A DNA stretch of 64,000 nucleotides from Holosporales bacterium (GCA_044361745.1 JBIKIF010000001.1:16104-80103), one strand, 5' to 3'; positions 28,069 to 37,737 are shown, counted from the stretch's first letter. Program-made: numbers and translations. Notes: a model not told the origin generated them from the letters alone.

Positions 28069-29862
28069 TTATGGATGACGCTTTATGGGAAGGGTTTGAG
28101 TCTTTAGCCAACGATTCACCTCCTCATCAAGATGGGGGGCCAGGGTGTCATACACACGGGCATGATAAGCATTGAGCCAAGACACTTCAGGCTCTGTCAA
28201 AAGCTCTGGGAGGATGGCTTTGGGATCAAAAGGGACCAGGGTGAGGGGTTCAAACCTTAAGGAAAATTCCCGCCCATGGTCTTGGGGGTGCTCTACAATC
28301 TGGGTCATATTTTCAAGGCGAATGCCGAATTGCCCCTGGAGATAGTAGCCCGGTTCAATAGTGATCACCATGCCTGCTTGGAGCGGAAGACCATCATCTC
28401 GCTGAGAAATACCGCAGGGACCTTCATGCACTTTTAAGAAAGCGCCAACTCCATGGCCTGTGCTGTGACCGTAGTCTTCTCCGACCTCCCAAAGAGGGGT
28501 GCGCGCGAGAGTATCCAGCTGGCAGCCGCGCGTTCCTTTGGGGAAAACCACCCGACTGAGGGCAATGTGGCCTTGCAAAACCCGTGTATACCAAGATTTT
28601 TGAAGATCGCTCACGTCCCCCAAAGCAAGGGTTCGGGTGACATCTGTGGTGGCACCTGTCCGGTATTGGCTGCCTGAATCCAGCAGGAAAAAAGTCCCTG
28701 AGCCCAGTGGATTTCGGGCCTCTGGTTGTGGGCGGTAATGAATGAGGGCGCCGTTGGGTCCAAATCCTGAAATGGTTGGGAAACTGTCCCCCGCGTAAAA
28801 AGGGTTGTGTTTCTTAAAGGACCAAAGCTTTTCCACCACATCCCATTCGCTGACGTCTGAAAGGCAGGGGTGAGTCTGCAGCCAGTAAAACAAACGGACC
28901 AGAGCAACGCCATCCCAGACATGCCCTTCTTGAATTTGTTTGAGCTCCTGGGTATTTTTAATGGCTTTAGGCAGAAGGCAGGGGTTGGGACCCTGAATGA
29001 TCCTGGTGGGTTTTGCGGCTTGAACAATAGAACGGACTGCCTCTGGGATTTCGACAGGGTCGAACAAAACAGTTTTTCCCTGGGCGAACCCGGACAAACG
29101 GGAGGTGAAATCCTCAAGGGGCCAGAAAGAGACGCTGTCTTTCAAGGCCGCCTCAACCTCTGGGGTGATTTTTCTTGGGTCGGTCAATAGATGGACATGG
29201 CCTGAAGACTCAAGAACCCCATATCCCTGGAAAGTAGGAACGTAATCACTGTCCTGACCCCGCACATTCAGAAGCCAGCACAAACTATCCCCTCCTGCAA
29301 TCACAAGAAGGGCATCTGGGGGAAGAGACTGTGCAATACGGGACCGCTTAGAATCAGAAGATTCTCCGGCTAAAGACGCGTCGTAAAGGAAAAGTTTTCC
29401 GTCAGCAGGGGCTGGCCGGTTTATCCAGAGCTGATCAATCGGATTCGGGGACAGGGACACAAGGTCAACGCCCAGAGGTCGCAGGGTGTTTTCAATGCGA
29501 CTCACCGTTTGCGCCCGGTATAACCAAGGATCATAGGCTAAGCGATCCCCCGAATCTAGATGGGTTTTAAGCCACATCAGCCAGGGCATCTGTGCAGTGT
29601 TCAGGACCTCAAAGAGGTCCGGGTCCATGGTTTCTTGGGCTTGGGTTGCGTACCGTGTGTCCGTAAAAAAAACCGCTTGGGTCTGGGTGACAATCAGCAG
29701 GCCAGTTGTTCCCCCAAAGCCACAGAGCCACTCAAGCCTGCGGTCGCACGGAGATAAAAGAAGGCTTAAAAACTCATCTTCTTGGGGAACCAAAAAAGCT
29801 GTGATGTTTTCTTTGTGGAGCAGAGTGCGAAGCGCCTGAATGCGTTCCCTATAAATGTTCAT
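28069..29862 (-). CDS. pepP: Xaa-Pro aminopeptidase (M24B family)
   Basis: 597 aa. HSTGHGVGAFLKVHEGP, ITIEPGYY and the FLLDSG metal-ligand context are present. Confidence 0.85.
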   Translation of the reverse strand: MNIYRERIQALRTLLHKENITAFLVPQEDEFLSLLLSPCDRRLEWLCGFGGTTGLLIVTQTQAVFFTDTRYATQAQETMDPDLFEVLNTAQMPWLMWLKTHLDSGDRLAYDPWLYRAQTVSRIENTLRPLGVDLVSLSPNPIDQLWINRPAPADGKLFLYDASLAGESSDSKRSRIAQSLPPDALLVIAGGDSLCWLLNVRGQDSDYVPTFQGYGVLESSGHVHLLTDPRKITPEVEAALKDSVSFWPLEDFTSRLSGFAQGKTVLFDPVEIPEAVRSIVQAAKPTRIIQGPNPCLLPKAIKNTQELKQIQEGHVWDGVALVRLFYWLQTHPCLSDVSEWDVVEKLWSFKKHNPFYAGDSFPTISGFGPNGALIHYRPQPEARNPLGSGTFFLLDSGSQYRTGATTDVTRTLALGDVSDLQKSWYTRVLQGHIALSRVVFPKGTRGCQLDTLARTPLWEVGEDYGHSTGHGVGAFLKVHEGPCGISQRDDGLPLQAGMVITIEPGYYLQGQFGIRLENMTQIVEHPQDHGREFSLRFEPLTLVPFDPKAILPELLTEPEVSWLNAYHARVYDTLAPHLDEEVNRWLKTQTLPIKRHP

Positions 29863-29965
29863 ATCCCTTCACCCTCCAGTCGCTTGCAATGCGTTAACGA
29901 ATGTTTTTCTCTTCTTGCACAATGGTTTCCCAGAAGACTATGGGTTTTCCTACGGCAAAAAGAGT

Positions 29966-30436
29966 TTAAAAAGGGATATCGTCATCAAAACTGTCCAGAG
30001 CTTTGGACGAAGATCCTGAAGAAGGCAGAGGGCTGAATCCATCTCTGGCGTCAATGGCATCGCCAAATCCCCCATCCCGTCCGCCGCTGTCGCACAGAAT
30101 GATCTCTCCGCGAAAGCGTTGGATCACAACTTCCGTAGTGTATTTTTCTTGACCAGATGCGGCATCGGTCCATTTGCGGGTTTGAAGTTGCCCCTCAAGG
30201 AAAACCTTTTTTCCTTTTTTCAGAAAACGCTCACACACATCTGCAAGCTTTTCATTAAAGACAACGACCCGGTGGAATTCAGCCTTTTCTTTCCGTTCCC
30301 CCGTATTTTTATCTTTCCATTGCTCAGATGTTGCGACAGAAAATGTCACGATTTTGCCCCCATCCGGACCATAGCGGACCTCTGGGTCCCGGACCAAATT
30401 CCCAAGAAGAGTGACTTTATTTAAGGTGCCCGCCAT
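29966..30436 (-). CDS. ssb: Single-stranded DNA-binding protein
   Basis: LNKVTLLGNLVRDPEVRY...EFHRVVVF is present, with a Gly-rich tail ending DDDIPF. Confidence 0.95.
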   Translation of the reverse strand: MAGTLNKVTLLGNLVRDPEVRYGPDGGKIVTFSVATSEQWKDKNTGERKEKAEFHRVVVFNEKLADVCERFLKKGKKVFLEGQLQTRKWTDAASGQEKYTTEVVIQRFRGEIILCDSGGRDGGFGDAIDARDGFSPLPSSGSSSKALDSFDDDIPF

Positions 30437-30528
30437 AGCTCTTTCATTTCCTTGTTCATCACGCTGAGATCCTTCCTTATACCCACAATCTGAAGCAGAT
30501 GCAAAGAGATCAGAGGCAATTTATTGGA

Positions 30529-31668
30529 CTAAACGTCGATCCGTTTCCGCGTCAACGCCAAGAGAACCCCGACGGTGATGGACGCGCTCCATAGGGAGGA
30601 GCCTCCGTAGCTAATGAAAGGAAGGGTCATCCCTTTCGCAGGCATGAGGTGAAGTGTGGAGGCCATATTGATGATAATCTGAAGAGCCAGCTGAAGAGAC
30701 AGACCTGAAACGGCTAAAAAAATGAATAGATCTGACTGATGAAACGCACGCCAAAGAGATCTGAAAATCACGATGGCAAATAAAGCGATCATCCCTGCGC
30801 AGAGCACAAATCCGAACTCTTCTCCTGCGACGGCGAAGATAAAATCTGCGTGAGCATCAGGAAGTGACTTTTTAATGATTCCTTCTCCGGGACCGCGGCC
30901 CCAGAGGCCTCCGCTTGCAAACGAATCAATAGCCTGCAAAATCTGGAATTGATCCCCAAAGCGGTCCCCCCCTTGAGAGAAAAAAATATGAATCCTTTGC
31001 TGCACGTGGGGAAGGAGAAGGTAGGACAGGACGCAAGCGCCGGAAGCAAGACCCACAGCCAAACCCACCCAGATCAAAGAGAGGCCGCTTAAAAAAAATT
31101 GAATGAGCCAAACACTTGTGATGAGAAAAGTCATTCCAAAGTCTGGTTGTAAAGTCAACAAAAAAGCCACCAGGGCGTACAAAGCAAAAGAGAGGCTGTT
31201 CCCGGGAAAGATTGGCAGGCGCTTTGCTTCAGAAAACATCCATGCGCACAAGACTACAAGGGCAGGTTTTGCAAATTCGGAGGGTTGAAGCGTCAGTCCT
31301 CCGCCGAGACTGAGCCAGCGCCGGGCTCCCTTAATTTCAACCCCCATCCAAAACGTGAGAATCAGTAAAACCAGACTGACAAAATAGATAATCAAGGATA
31401 TTCTCCGGGCCCCTTTGGGGGAGAGCCATGCGCATCCAATCAGCAAAGAGAATCCTGGGACCAGCATCATCAAGTGACGTTTGACAAAATGAAAAGATTG
31501 CCCCGTGTAATGGGCAGAAACGCTTGGGCTGGCAGCTAAAATGAGTAATGTCCCAACCCCCATGAGAATGAGGGTCGCAAGAAGGCTGAACATATCGACG
31601 CTCCACCACCAATAGCCAAAAAACGTGCGATTGGTTCGGGCGCGTGAAAAATTCAGAGGTGATGACAC
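30529..31668 (-). CDS. SEDS-family peptidoglycan glycosyltransferase (FtsW/RodA/SpoVE family)
   Basis: 379 aa and polytopic, with GARRWLSLGG.TLQPSEFAKPALVV, DFIFAVAGEEFGF and LPFISYGGSS. RodA and FtsW cannot be distinguished from context. Confidence 0.8.
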   Translation of the reverse strand: MSSPLNFSRARTNRTFFGYWWWSVDMFSLLATLILMGVGTLLILAASPSVSAHYTGQSFHFVKRHLMMLVPGFSLLIGCAWLSPKGARRISLIIYFVSLVLLILTFWMGVEIKGARRWLSLGGGLTLQPSEFAKPALVVLCAWMFSEAKRLPIFPGNSLSFALYALVAFLLTLQPDFGMTFLITSVWLIQFFLSGLSLIWVGLAVGLASGACVLSYLLLPHVQQRIHIFFSQGGDRFGDQFQILQAIDSFASGGLWGRGPGEGIIKKSLPDAHADFIFAVAGEEFGFVLCAGMIALFAIVIFRSLWRAFHQSDLFIFLAVSGLSLQLALQIIINMASTLHLMPAKGMTLPFISYGGSSLWSASITVGVLLALTRKRIDV

Positions 31669-31746
31669 AGGAAACTCCGAAGATCTAAGAGATCAGATAA
31701 TGAAGTGAAATCTCTAGGCGCCGTCTCGTCAAGAGGGGAAAATTAC

Positions 31747-31773
31747 GGGGGAGTGCTCCAAAGTTCCTCCCCC
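31747..31773 (-). terminator. Possible terminator hairpin downstream of mdh
   Basis: On the minus strand, GGGGGAG-N13-CTCCCCC is followed by GUAAUUUUCCCC. The U-tract is weak. Confidence 0.35.
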
Positions 31774-31833
31774 TGTTGAGAAAGGCTCGGTTGCCTTGAC
31801 TCTCTTTTGGGATCAAGCCCAGTCCAGAGACAC

Positions 31834-32778
31834 TTACTCAGCCAAACTTTGAATCAGCTTGCGCACACTGAGCACAGAGGCATCAAAGGCAGCTTGCTCA
31901 TGGTCTGATAAGTCCAGATGCACAATCGATTCCACCCCTCCTTTGCCCAGGATGACTGGGACACTGGCGTAAGCGTTATGGTGGCCATAAGCACCGTCTA
32001 GCCAAGCCGCACAGGGAAGGACCCGCTTCCGATCAAACAAGATAGACTCTGCCATTTGGATCGCCGCATGGGCCGGGGTGTAATAGGCAGACCCCGTTTT
32101 CAGAAGCGACACGATCTCCCCGCCACCGTTGCGGGTGCGGGTGATGATGGCTTCCAGATCTGCCTCCGTCAAAGCGCCGCGGGCAACCCACTCACTGAGA
32201 GGGATTCCGGAAATCGTTGTATAACGGGCCAAGGGAACCATCAGGTCTCCGTGTCCCCCCAGAACCATCGCTTGAATCTCCTCTCCGTCTACAGAGAGCG
32301 CGCTGGCGAGAAACGTGCGGAAGCGTGCCGTATCCAAAATGCCGGCCATCCCGATCACTTGATGGGCGGCAAACCCTGTGGCTTGCTTCATGACCCACAC
32401 CATCACGTCCAGGGGGTTAGTCACCACAATCACAAAGGCGTTCGGCGCATGGACCCGAAGCATCTGAGCAACGTCTCGAATCACGCCTGCATTTTTGTTG
32501 AGAAGGTCATCCCGGCTCATTCCGGGCTTGCGGGCAAACCCAGCGGTCACAATAACAACATCGCACCCGGCCAAATCTTCTGGACAATCAGTGCCCATGA
32601 TCTTACAGCTCCATCCCTCCAGGGGGGCGCTTTGAGAGAGATCCAGTGCTTTGCCTTCTGCAAAGCCAGGGGCAATATCAAAAAGAACCACAGAGCCTAG
32701 GTTTTTGATGAGGGCGAGATGGGCCAATGTCCCCCCGATTTGCCCTGCCCCAATAAGTCCAAGTTTGTGCTGCGCCAT
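31834..32778 (-). CDS. mdh: Malate dehydrogenase (LDH-like type)
   Basis: MAQHKLGLIGAGQIGGTLAHLA, VVIVTAGFARKPGMSRDDLL and VTNPLD are present. 314 aa. Confidence 0.95.
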   Translation of the reverse strand: MAQHKLGLIGAGQIGGTLAHLALIKNLGSVVLFDIAPGFAEGKALDLSQSAPLEGWSCKIMGTDCPEDLAGCDVVIVTAGFARKPGMSRDDLLNKNAGVIRDVAQMLRVHAPNAFVIVVTNPLDVMVWVMKQATGFAAHQVIGMAGILDTARFRTFLASALSVDGEEIQAMVLGGHGDLMVPLARYTTISGIPLSEWVARGALTEADLEAIITRTRNGGGEIVSLLKTGSAYYTPAHAAIQMAESILFDRKRVLPCAAWLDGAYGHHNAYASVPVILGKGGVESIVHLDLSDHEQAAFDASVLSVRKLIQSLAE

Positions 32779-32963
32779 GGATGCTCCCTCTCGAATTCTC
32801 CTTGCGGTGCTGTCAGGTTGGAACTTAAACGATGACCCAGAACAGATGCGCCGGAGCTGCTTTCTTCCGAATCTGACTCGTTAGACGCGCGCTCTGTCCA
32901 TGTCTAAGTTCCTAAAAATCACTGTACGCCATTTTGGGAGTAGGGGAAATAGGATCTCGCCCC

Positions 32964-33626
32964 CTAAGATTTTTGACTGAGAAGAAGTTGGATTTGTTCT
33001 CTGACCACCCGCTCAACAAGAGACGCAAGATGGGCATCCATCCAAGCTCTGAGGAGAGGTTTTGAAAGCTCTTGAATCATATCTTCCAAAGTTTGTGACT
33101 GATTCCCGCCCACCAAAATCTGAGGAGATTGTGCTAATTTTTGAAGAACTGCCGAGGAAACAGACTGGGTTTCTGAGGACATCAGCAACGGAGAAGAGGT
33201 CGCTGAAGCCCCATCTAGAGCCCGGCGCGTGACTGACGAAGGCGCTGCCGATGGAACCGTGGGTAAGGCGGCATGGTGATGGTTTCTGGCCGTCTGCTGA
33301 GGCTGACCCATCTGGGAAGTGTTTGCCCGGGCTAAACGTTGGTTATGGGCTTCCAGAGATGCTTGAATCCCTTGGGAAGGCCGGCTGTCTTCAGAGGGCT
33401 GGAGTGGGTTTTTGAGGTCCAAAATCCCTCCTTGATTTCTCCCAGGCGAACTTTCTTTGTTCAAAAAAGACGAAGGAACGCCAGGTTTTTGATCGTCCGA
33501 TATGATTTTACGTATAGACGTCAGGATTTCGTCCATAGACATCTCCTGATCAAACGTGTCTGTTGTTTCAGCATTTTTTGGTTGTGCGACCATTGTGCAA
33601 CCCTTTTTTTCGACCATAAATTTCAC
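32964..33626 (-). CDS. DUF2497 / PopZ-like protein
   Basis: The N-terminal MSMDEILTSIRKIISDD, a Pro/Ser/Gln-rich disordered middle, and the C-terminal TLEDMIQELSKPLLRAWMDAHLASLVERVVREQIQ match the PopZ/DUF2497 layout. The start is uncertain (M1, M12 or M29). Confidence 0.6.
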   Translation of the reverse strand: MKFMVEKKGCTMVAQPKNAETTDTFDQEMSMDEILTSIRKIISDDQKPGVPSSFLNKESSPGRNQGGILDLKNPLQPSEDSRPSQGIQASLEAHNQRLARANTSQMGQPQQTARNHHHAALPTVPSAAPSSVTRRALDGASATSSPLLMSSETQSVSSAVLQKLAQSPQILVGGNQSQTLEDMIQELSKPLLRAWMDAHLASLVERVVREQIQLLLSQKS

Positions 33627-35188
33627 TCGGCTCTCTCTTCCACCCCGATTGTGAACCAGGGATCGTAAGCTTCCGGGTTATATTGATGGACTTTAAGTCC
33701 TAAATTTTTCGTTAAAAATTGGCCCAAAAGTGTTTTTATTTGAACTTTAGCCATAATTAGATCTTTCTTGCTCTGAACCCGTTGGGTTTGGGATTCCACG
33801 AGAGAATACTGAGCGAGACGAACATCCGTTATGGATTTGCTTCCCAAGTTCCACTCCTCAAGAAGCCCTTGATACGCCTGCTCCCGCGCTTTAACTTCTC
33901 TGTCGAACTGGCGCGTTGCCTCAAATGTCGCTTGCATTTGCGCATAGGCTTGCAGCATGTTGGAGCGAATGGTTCTTTGGGCCATCTGTCTTTGATAGCT
34001 GATTTTCGTCAAGTTATTCTGTCCCGCACGCACCTGAGCCTGTTGTCGACCTGTGGGAATGGGAACAGTGAGGCTAAACATCACAGACAAATTTCTTACA
34101 TTCGCGGTGTCTTCCCCAAGCTTGTAACGATCGAGCCTACGGGTAGCACTGGCGTTCGCCTTTACACTGGGAAGCATTTGGTCAGCTGTGGTTGCGTAGA
34201 CATCCCTTTCCGCAGCGCGTTCCTGATCCAATGCGCCGAGAACTGATGGGCTCTCCCGCAGTCCCCGGGCAATCAGCTCCTCCGAAGATTCCACAATGTC
34301 GATCGGCAAATCTTCCGGCCACGTCAGCTCTTGGGAAGGCTCTTTGCCAATAATTCGCGCAAAGTCTCCACGGGCAGAGAGTAAATCTCCTTCTGCTTTT
34401 ACGCGGGCAGCCGTGGAAGCCGAGCGCTTCGCCTGCTGGCTTAACACCTCCCCTTGAGAGATGCTTCCCACATGGAATTGGGCTTCCACCTGCTCCAAAG
34501 TCATTTGGGAATTGGCTTCATCCTGCTTGCGAATCTTGAGGATTTCTTGCTTTAGCCAGACGTCTAAAAACGCATTAATGGCCTCTAAGAGAACTTTGTT
34601 TTCTGCAGCCACCAAAGACATTAAAGCGCTTTGTGTGTTGTAGTCAGCGCTCTTCAGGCGGGCAAGAGACGCGCCACTTGAAAACAAAGATTGCTCAAGA
34701 GACAGTCCCGCTTCTCGATAGCCATCAACCTTTGTCTCTGTTCTTTTGTTTTGAGAGGCCTGTTGAGACAGCGTGACGTTCAGCTGGGGAATCCACTCAG
34801 ACCACGCGATATTTTTCCCCTCTTGGATTCTCCGAAGATCCGCTTGCGCAATTTTTAAGTCTGGGTTTGAGGCATAGGCCTGGGACAGCGCTTCCTTCCA
34901 AGTTTTGATGCCACCAATCACAGGCTTCACCAATAAATCATCCGGCTGAGAAATGGGCGTGGTTGCCGCAAGAGGGGGGAGAGGTTTGCCTGCTTGAGAC
35001 GTTTTATTGACAGGACCCTTCTGAGGCTGAGTTCCCATCGACGATGTCAGTTCTTTCGATTTTTGAGCATCTGTTTGGGGCGCGCTCTCCTGATGCCCAG
35101 GCGCAAGATCAACTACTTCGTCTCCGTGAGAACAATCCACAAATGACAAAAAAAACCCTGCTACAAAAACCCCCATCCGGTATGTCAT
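33623..35188 (-). CDS. tolC: TolC-family outer-membrane efflux protein
   Basis: 521 aa with a signal peptide and two repeated coiled-coil/OEP halves (AQADLRRIQEG..., ...AQVRAGQNNL...). It overlaps the downstream DUF2497 gene by 4 nt. Confidence 0.8.
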   Translation of the reverse strand: MTYRMGVFVAGFFLSFVDCSHGDEVVDLAPGHQESAPQTDAQKSKELTSSMGTQPQKGPVNKTSQAGKPLPPLAATTPISQPDDLLVKPVIGGIKTWKEALSQAYASNPDLKIAQADLRRIQEGKNIAWSEWIPQLNVTLSQQASQNKRTETKVDGYREAGLSLEQSLFSSGASLARLKSADYNTQSALMSLVAAENKVLLEAINAFLDVWLKQEILKIRKQDEANSQMTLEQVEAQFHVGSISQGEVLSQQAKRSASTAARVKAEGDLLSARGDFARIIGKEPSQELTWPEDLPIDIVESSEELIARGLRESPSVLGALDQERAAERDVYATTADQMLPSVKANASATRRLDRYKLGEDTANVRNLSVMFSLTVPIPTGRQQAQVRAGQNNLTKISYQRQMAQRTIRSNMLQAYAQMQATFEATRQFDREVKAREQAYQGLLEEWNLGSKSITDVRLAQYSLVESQTQRVQSKKDLIMAKVQIKTLLGQFLTKNLGLKVHQYNPEAYDPWFTIGVEERAE

Positions 35189-35575
35189 CGTTTGTTCCTA
35201 GCTCTCTGAATGTCCGTTTCCCAAAATATGTCTGTTTTTATACGCGCTTCCCAGCTTTTTTCAAAGAGTGTTCCTTTGAGCCCCTGAAGAGGCCCGTTCA
35301 AGATATCTTCCTATATCTTCAAAAATTCTTTTTTTAATTAAATGGGGCGCTTTTGAGTTTTGGCAAAAATATTGATTGGTTTGCTTTTTGAATCCCTATG
35401 ACCTTGACCATTTGATCCGTGCTTTCTGTCCAAGCCAGCTAAAGCCTTCTGCTTTGCTTGCGGCGATGAGACACGAATTGGGGCGGCCGGTTCCTATCGC
35501 CCAAGCCTTACTCCTGACAGAAGAGACGGTCCGCAAGCATATCCAAATAAACGGCGTTGCCCCTCCCAAAAAACC

Positions 35576-36555
35576 TTAAGAACATTTTTCTTTCTCTCTG
35601 GAGAAGTAACGTTTGACAGAAAACATGACGCGACGCTCTTTGAGGTCTCTAAGCTTATGTGTATAGAGTGTTGGACCAGATCCAACGGTTTTTGATGAGG
35701 GATCTCTGAAACTTGTGTGTGTGAACTCGCAGTGAAATTTGGTATGGGGGAGGGATTTCAGTGAAAAACTAAGCCCAAACCCGCCCTTGACGCCCAGCAG
35801 ATTGTGATTTGCTTCGGTGGCGCTTTGGGGGTAAGGGGCGCCCGTATCTGAATCTGTGATCCAACTTGAGCTTTTCACCTGTTTCAGTGAGACGCCCGCA
35901 AGGAGAGAAATCCCAAAGGTTGGAGACAGGCGATATTCGCCCCGGACAACCAGGCCTGCTTGATTTTTCTCTTGAACACCTGTCGATCCCACAAGATTTT
36001 GCGCTGTCGTGGTCTGGATTGTCGTCGTATTCGGAATAGCCAAGGTTAATTGCTGCGGACCAGAGGATGTGGGAACAATTAGACCGGAACCTGTGCTGAC
36101 GGTCGTTGTAGTGTTTCCGTGGCTTACGGAGACAGGGGCGATCGAAGTGGTCGTGTAGGTTGAATTTTGAACATTTTGAACGCATTGATTATTTACAATT
36201 GGTCCGTTGACATCGACCTGATAGGGGGATGAAACCGTTTGAGCGACGTTTGTTGTCTGAAGGCCGCCGGCAGGCGTAATGGTTTCAGAGGTCGTTTTTT
36301 GAGGGGTGCTGCCAAGACCGACAGACACAAAAGGCTCGACTGAAACGTTGACGGACCCAACGTTCATTTCGTAGCCAAGCAAAAGAGACAATTGGGCCTG
36401 GGTCACTTGAGATTTTCCGCCAAAATTCACATCGTTGTTCTGAAAGACAGTTCCGTTGCTGGTGGCACTCTGTTGCGAATCAGACCAAGAAGACCCCAGA
36501 CTTACACCCGCATACGCACCTTTCGGGGATGAGGATGGATCGTCCATCCTTTCTT
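35576..36555 (-). pseudogene. 3' fragment (beta-barrel domain) of an outer-membrane protein gene interrupted by the IS element
   Basis: Track ORF 35576..36580 starts inside the IS inverted repeat, so MTRSYTR is IS-encoded. The native part, KERMDDPSSSPKGAYAGVSLGSSWSD..., lacks any signal peptide. It joins in frame to the 37418-37737 fragment when the IS plus one TA is removed. Confidence 0.65.
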
Positions 36556-36557
36556 TA

Positions 36558-37417
36558 GGCCTCGTGTAGGATCTGGTCAATTTTCCAGATAGGCTATTTG
36601 ATCCAGATGAGGGCTCCGACGATGTGAAGGAAGCTGAGGAAGGCTTGTGCAGATTTGTCGAACCTTGAGAAGACGCGCCGGAAGTGCTTCATTTTACCAA
36701 AGAAGCACTCGATGAGATGGCGTTCTCGGTACCAGTGTTTATCGTAATCCCTTGGATTTTTTCTGTTTTTACGAGGTGGAATCACAGGCGTTCCGTGCTT
36801 CTCTTGAATGTGCTGGATCAGGGCGTTGCTATTATACCCCTTGTCGGCAATGACCCAGGTGCCCCGATGGTCTCCCAAAAGGGCTTCAGCTTGGGTGATT
36901 TCATGCCTTTGACCACCGGTAAGCCTGAAGGCTAGAGGGTTTCCAAGGCCGTCCACAAGGGCATGAATTTTGGTGGTAAAGCCACCTTTGCTTCTGCCAA
37001 GGCCTTCATTTTCTTGATTTCCGTACCCTGAGGCACAGGCGTGGGCTCTGACAATCGTCGCGTCCATCATCAGTTCTTCGTGATCTGGGGCATCCTTGAG
37101 GTTTTCAAAGAGTTTTTCCCAGACGCCTTTTTGAGACCAGCTTTTAAAACGGGCGTGCACGGTCCGCCATTTTCCGTATACCCAAGGCAACAACCGCCAC
37201 TGGCAGCCACTGCGGCACACATAAAGAACAGCATCAACGAAGCGCCGGACACGGCGCTCATGCCGAAGGTGGATTCCCGGAATCGTCCTCAAAACACGAA
37301 AAAGTTTTTTCCAAACAGCATTTTTCACGTCGTATGGCATGGGGTAGGTTCTCCTCTTGTAACTCACGGAAAACCTACCGCTTTTTCGTCAATTTTTACA
37401 GTTTCCTACACGAAACC
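36558..37417 (-). mobile_element. Intact IS5-family insertion sequence (IS427-group-like), 860 bp, flanked by a TA target duplication
   Basis: The terminal inverted repeats are GGCCTCGTGTAGGA (36558-36571) and TCCTACACGAAACC (37404-37417), matching at 12/14. TA lies at 36556-57 and 37418-19. A single 257-aa DDE transposase ORF lies inside. Confidence 0.8.
36594..37367 (-). CDS. IS5-family (IS427-like) DDE transposase
   Basis: FVDAVLYVCRSGCQWRLLP...WRTVHARFKSW...DATIVRAH...GFTTKIHALVD...ADKGYNSNAL...YRERHLIECFFGKMKHFRRV matches the family. It is uninterrupted; the likely start is MPYDVKN (37340). Confidence 0.85.
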   Translation of the reverse strand: MSYKRRTYPMPYDVKNAVWKKLFRVLRTIPGIHLRHERRVRRFVDAVLYVCRSGCQWRLLPWVYGKWRTVHARFKSWSQKGVWEKLFENLKDAPDHEELMMDATIVRAHACASGYGNQENEGLGRSKGGFTTKIHALVDGLGNPLAFRLTGGQRHEITQAEALLGDHRGTWVIADKGYNSNALIQHIQEKHGTPVIPPRKNRKNPRDYDKHWYRERHLIECFFGKMKHFRRVFSRFDKSAQAFLSFLHIVGALIWIK

Positions 37418-37737
37418 TAGGTCCACCCGAATTCTTTGGGGTCTCCTCCGGTGTCGGCGGAACAACCGCGTTGTCTACACTTTCTTCAATCACGTCAAGA
37501 AGGCGGGTGGCCGTTTGTGCTTGGGGATTTATTTGCGAAACGCATTGCCCTGTATCAGAATTGCGCGTTTGATCTGATGGGCATTTGTTTTGACAAACCC
37601 CTTTAACCATTTCTGTGTTCGTGTCTGTGCAAACGGATTGATCTGTATTAGAATTGGGCGTTTGATCTCGTCGGTCTTCGCGTAGACACCCCCCCCAATA
37701 AACCGACTCCGAGTAAGATAAACAAAATGCGCCGCAT
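37418..37737 (-). pseudogene. 5' fragment of the IS-interrupted outer-membrane (lipo)protein gene, also out of frame at a G8 tract
   Basis: AAGGAG-N7-ATG lies at 37737, giving MRRILFILLGVGLLGG. With 8 G the frame stops at 37648. With 7 G it reads ...LLGGC (lipobox) LREDRRDQTPNSN...PEETPKNSGGP up to the IS junction (the frame of track ORF 37389..37844). Confidence 0.55.
37689..37696 (-). repeat. Homopolymeric G8 tract (C8 on the plus strand) at the signal-peptide/lipobox junction
   Basis: Counted directly: 37689-37696 are all C. Confidence 0.9.

Noticed and set aside
30437-30528. The ssb upstream region was searched for an alphaproteobacterial SOS box (GTTC-N7-GTTC or GAAC-N7-GAAC).
   Set aside because: Only a single GAAC half-site with wrong spacing (GAACAAGGAAATGAA) is present.
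35376-35579. A 67-aa plus-strand ORF between tolC and the outer-membrane gene fragment, vaguely HTH-like (...IAQALLLTEETVRKHIQ...).
   Set aside because: It is too short and weak to call. It could be an IS or regulator fragment, but there is no supporting motif or start context.
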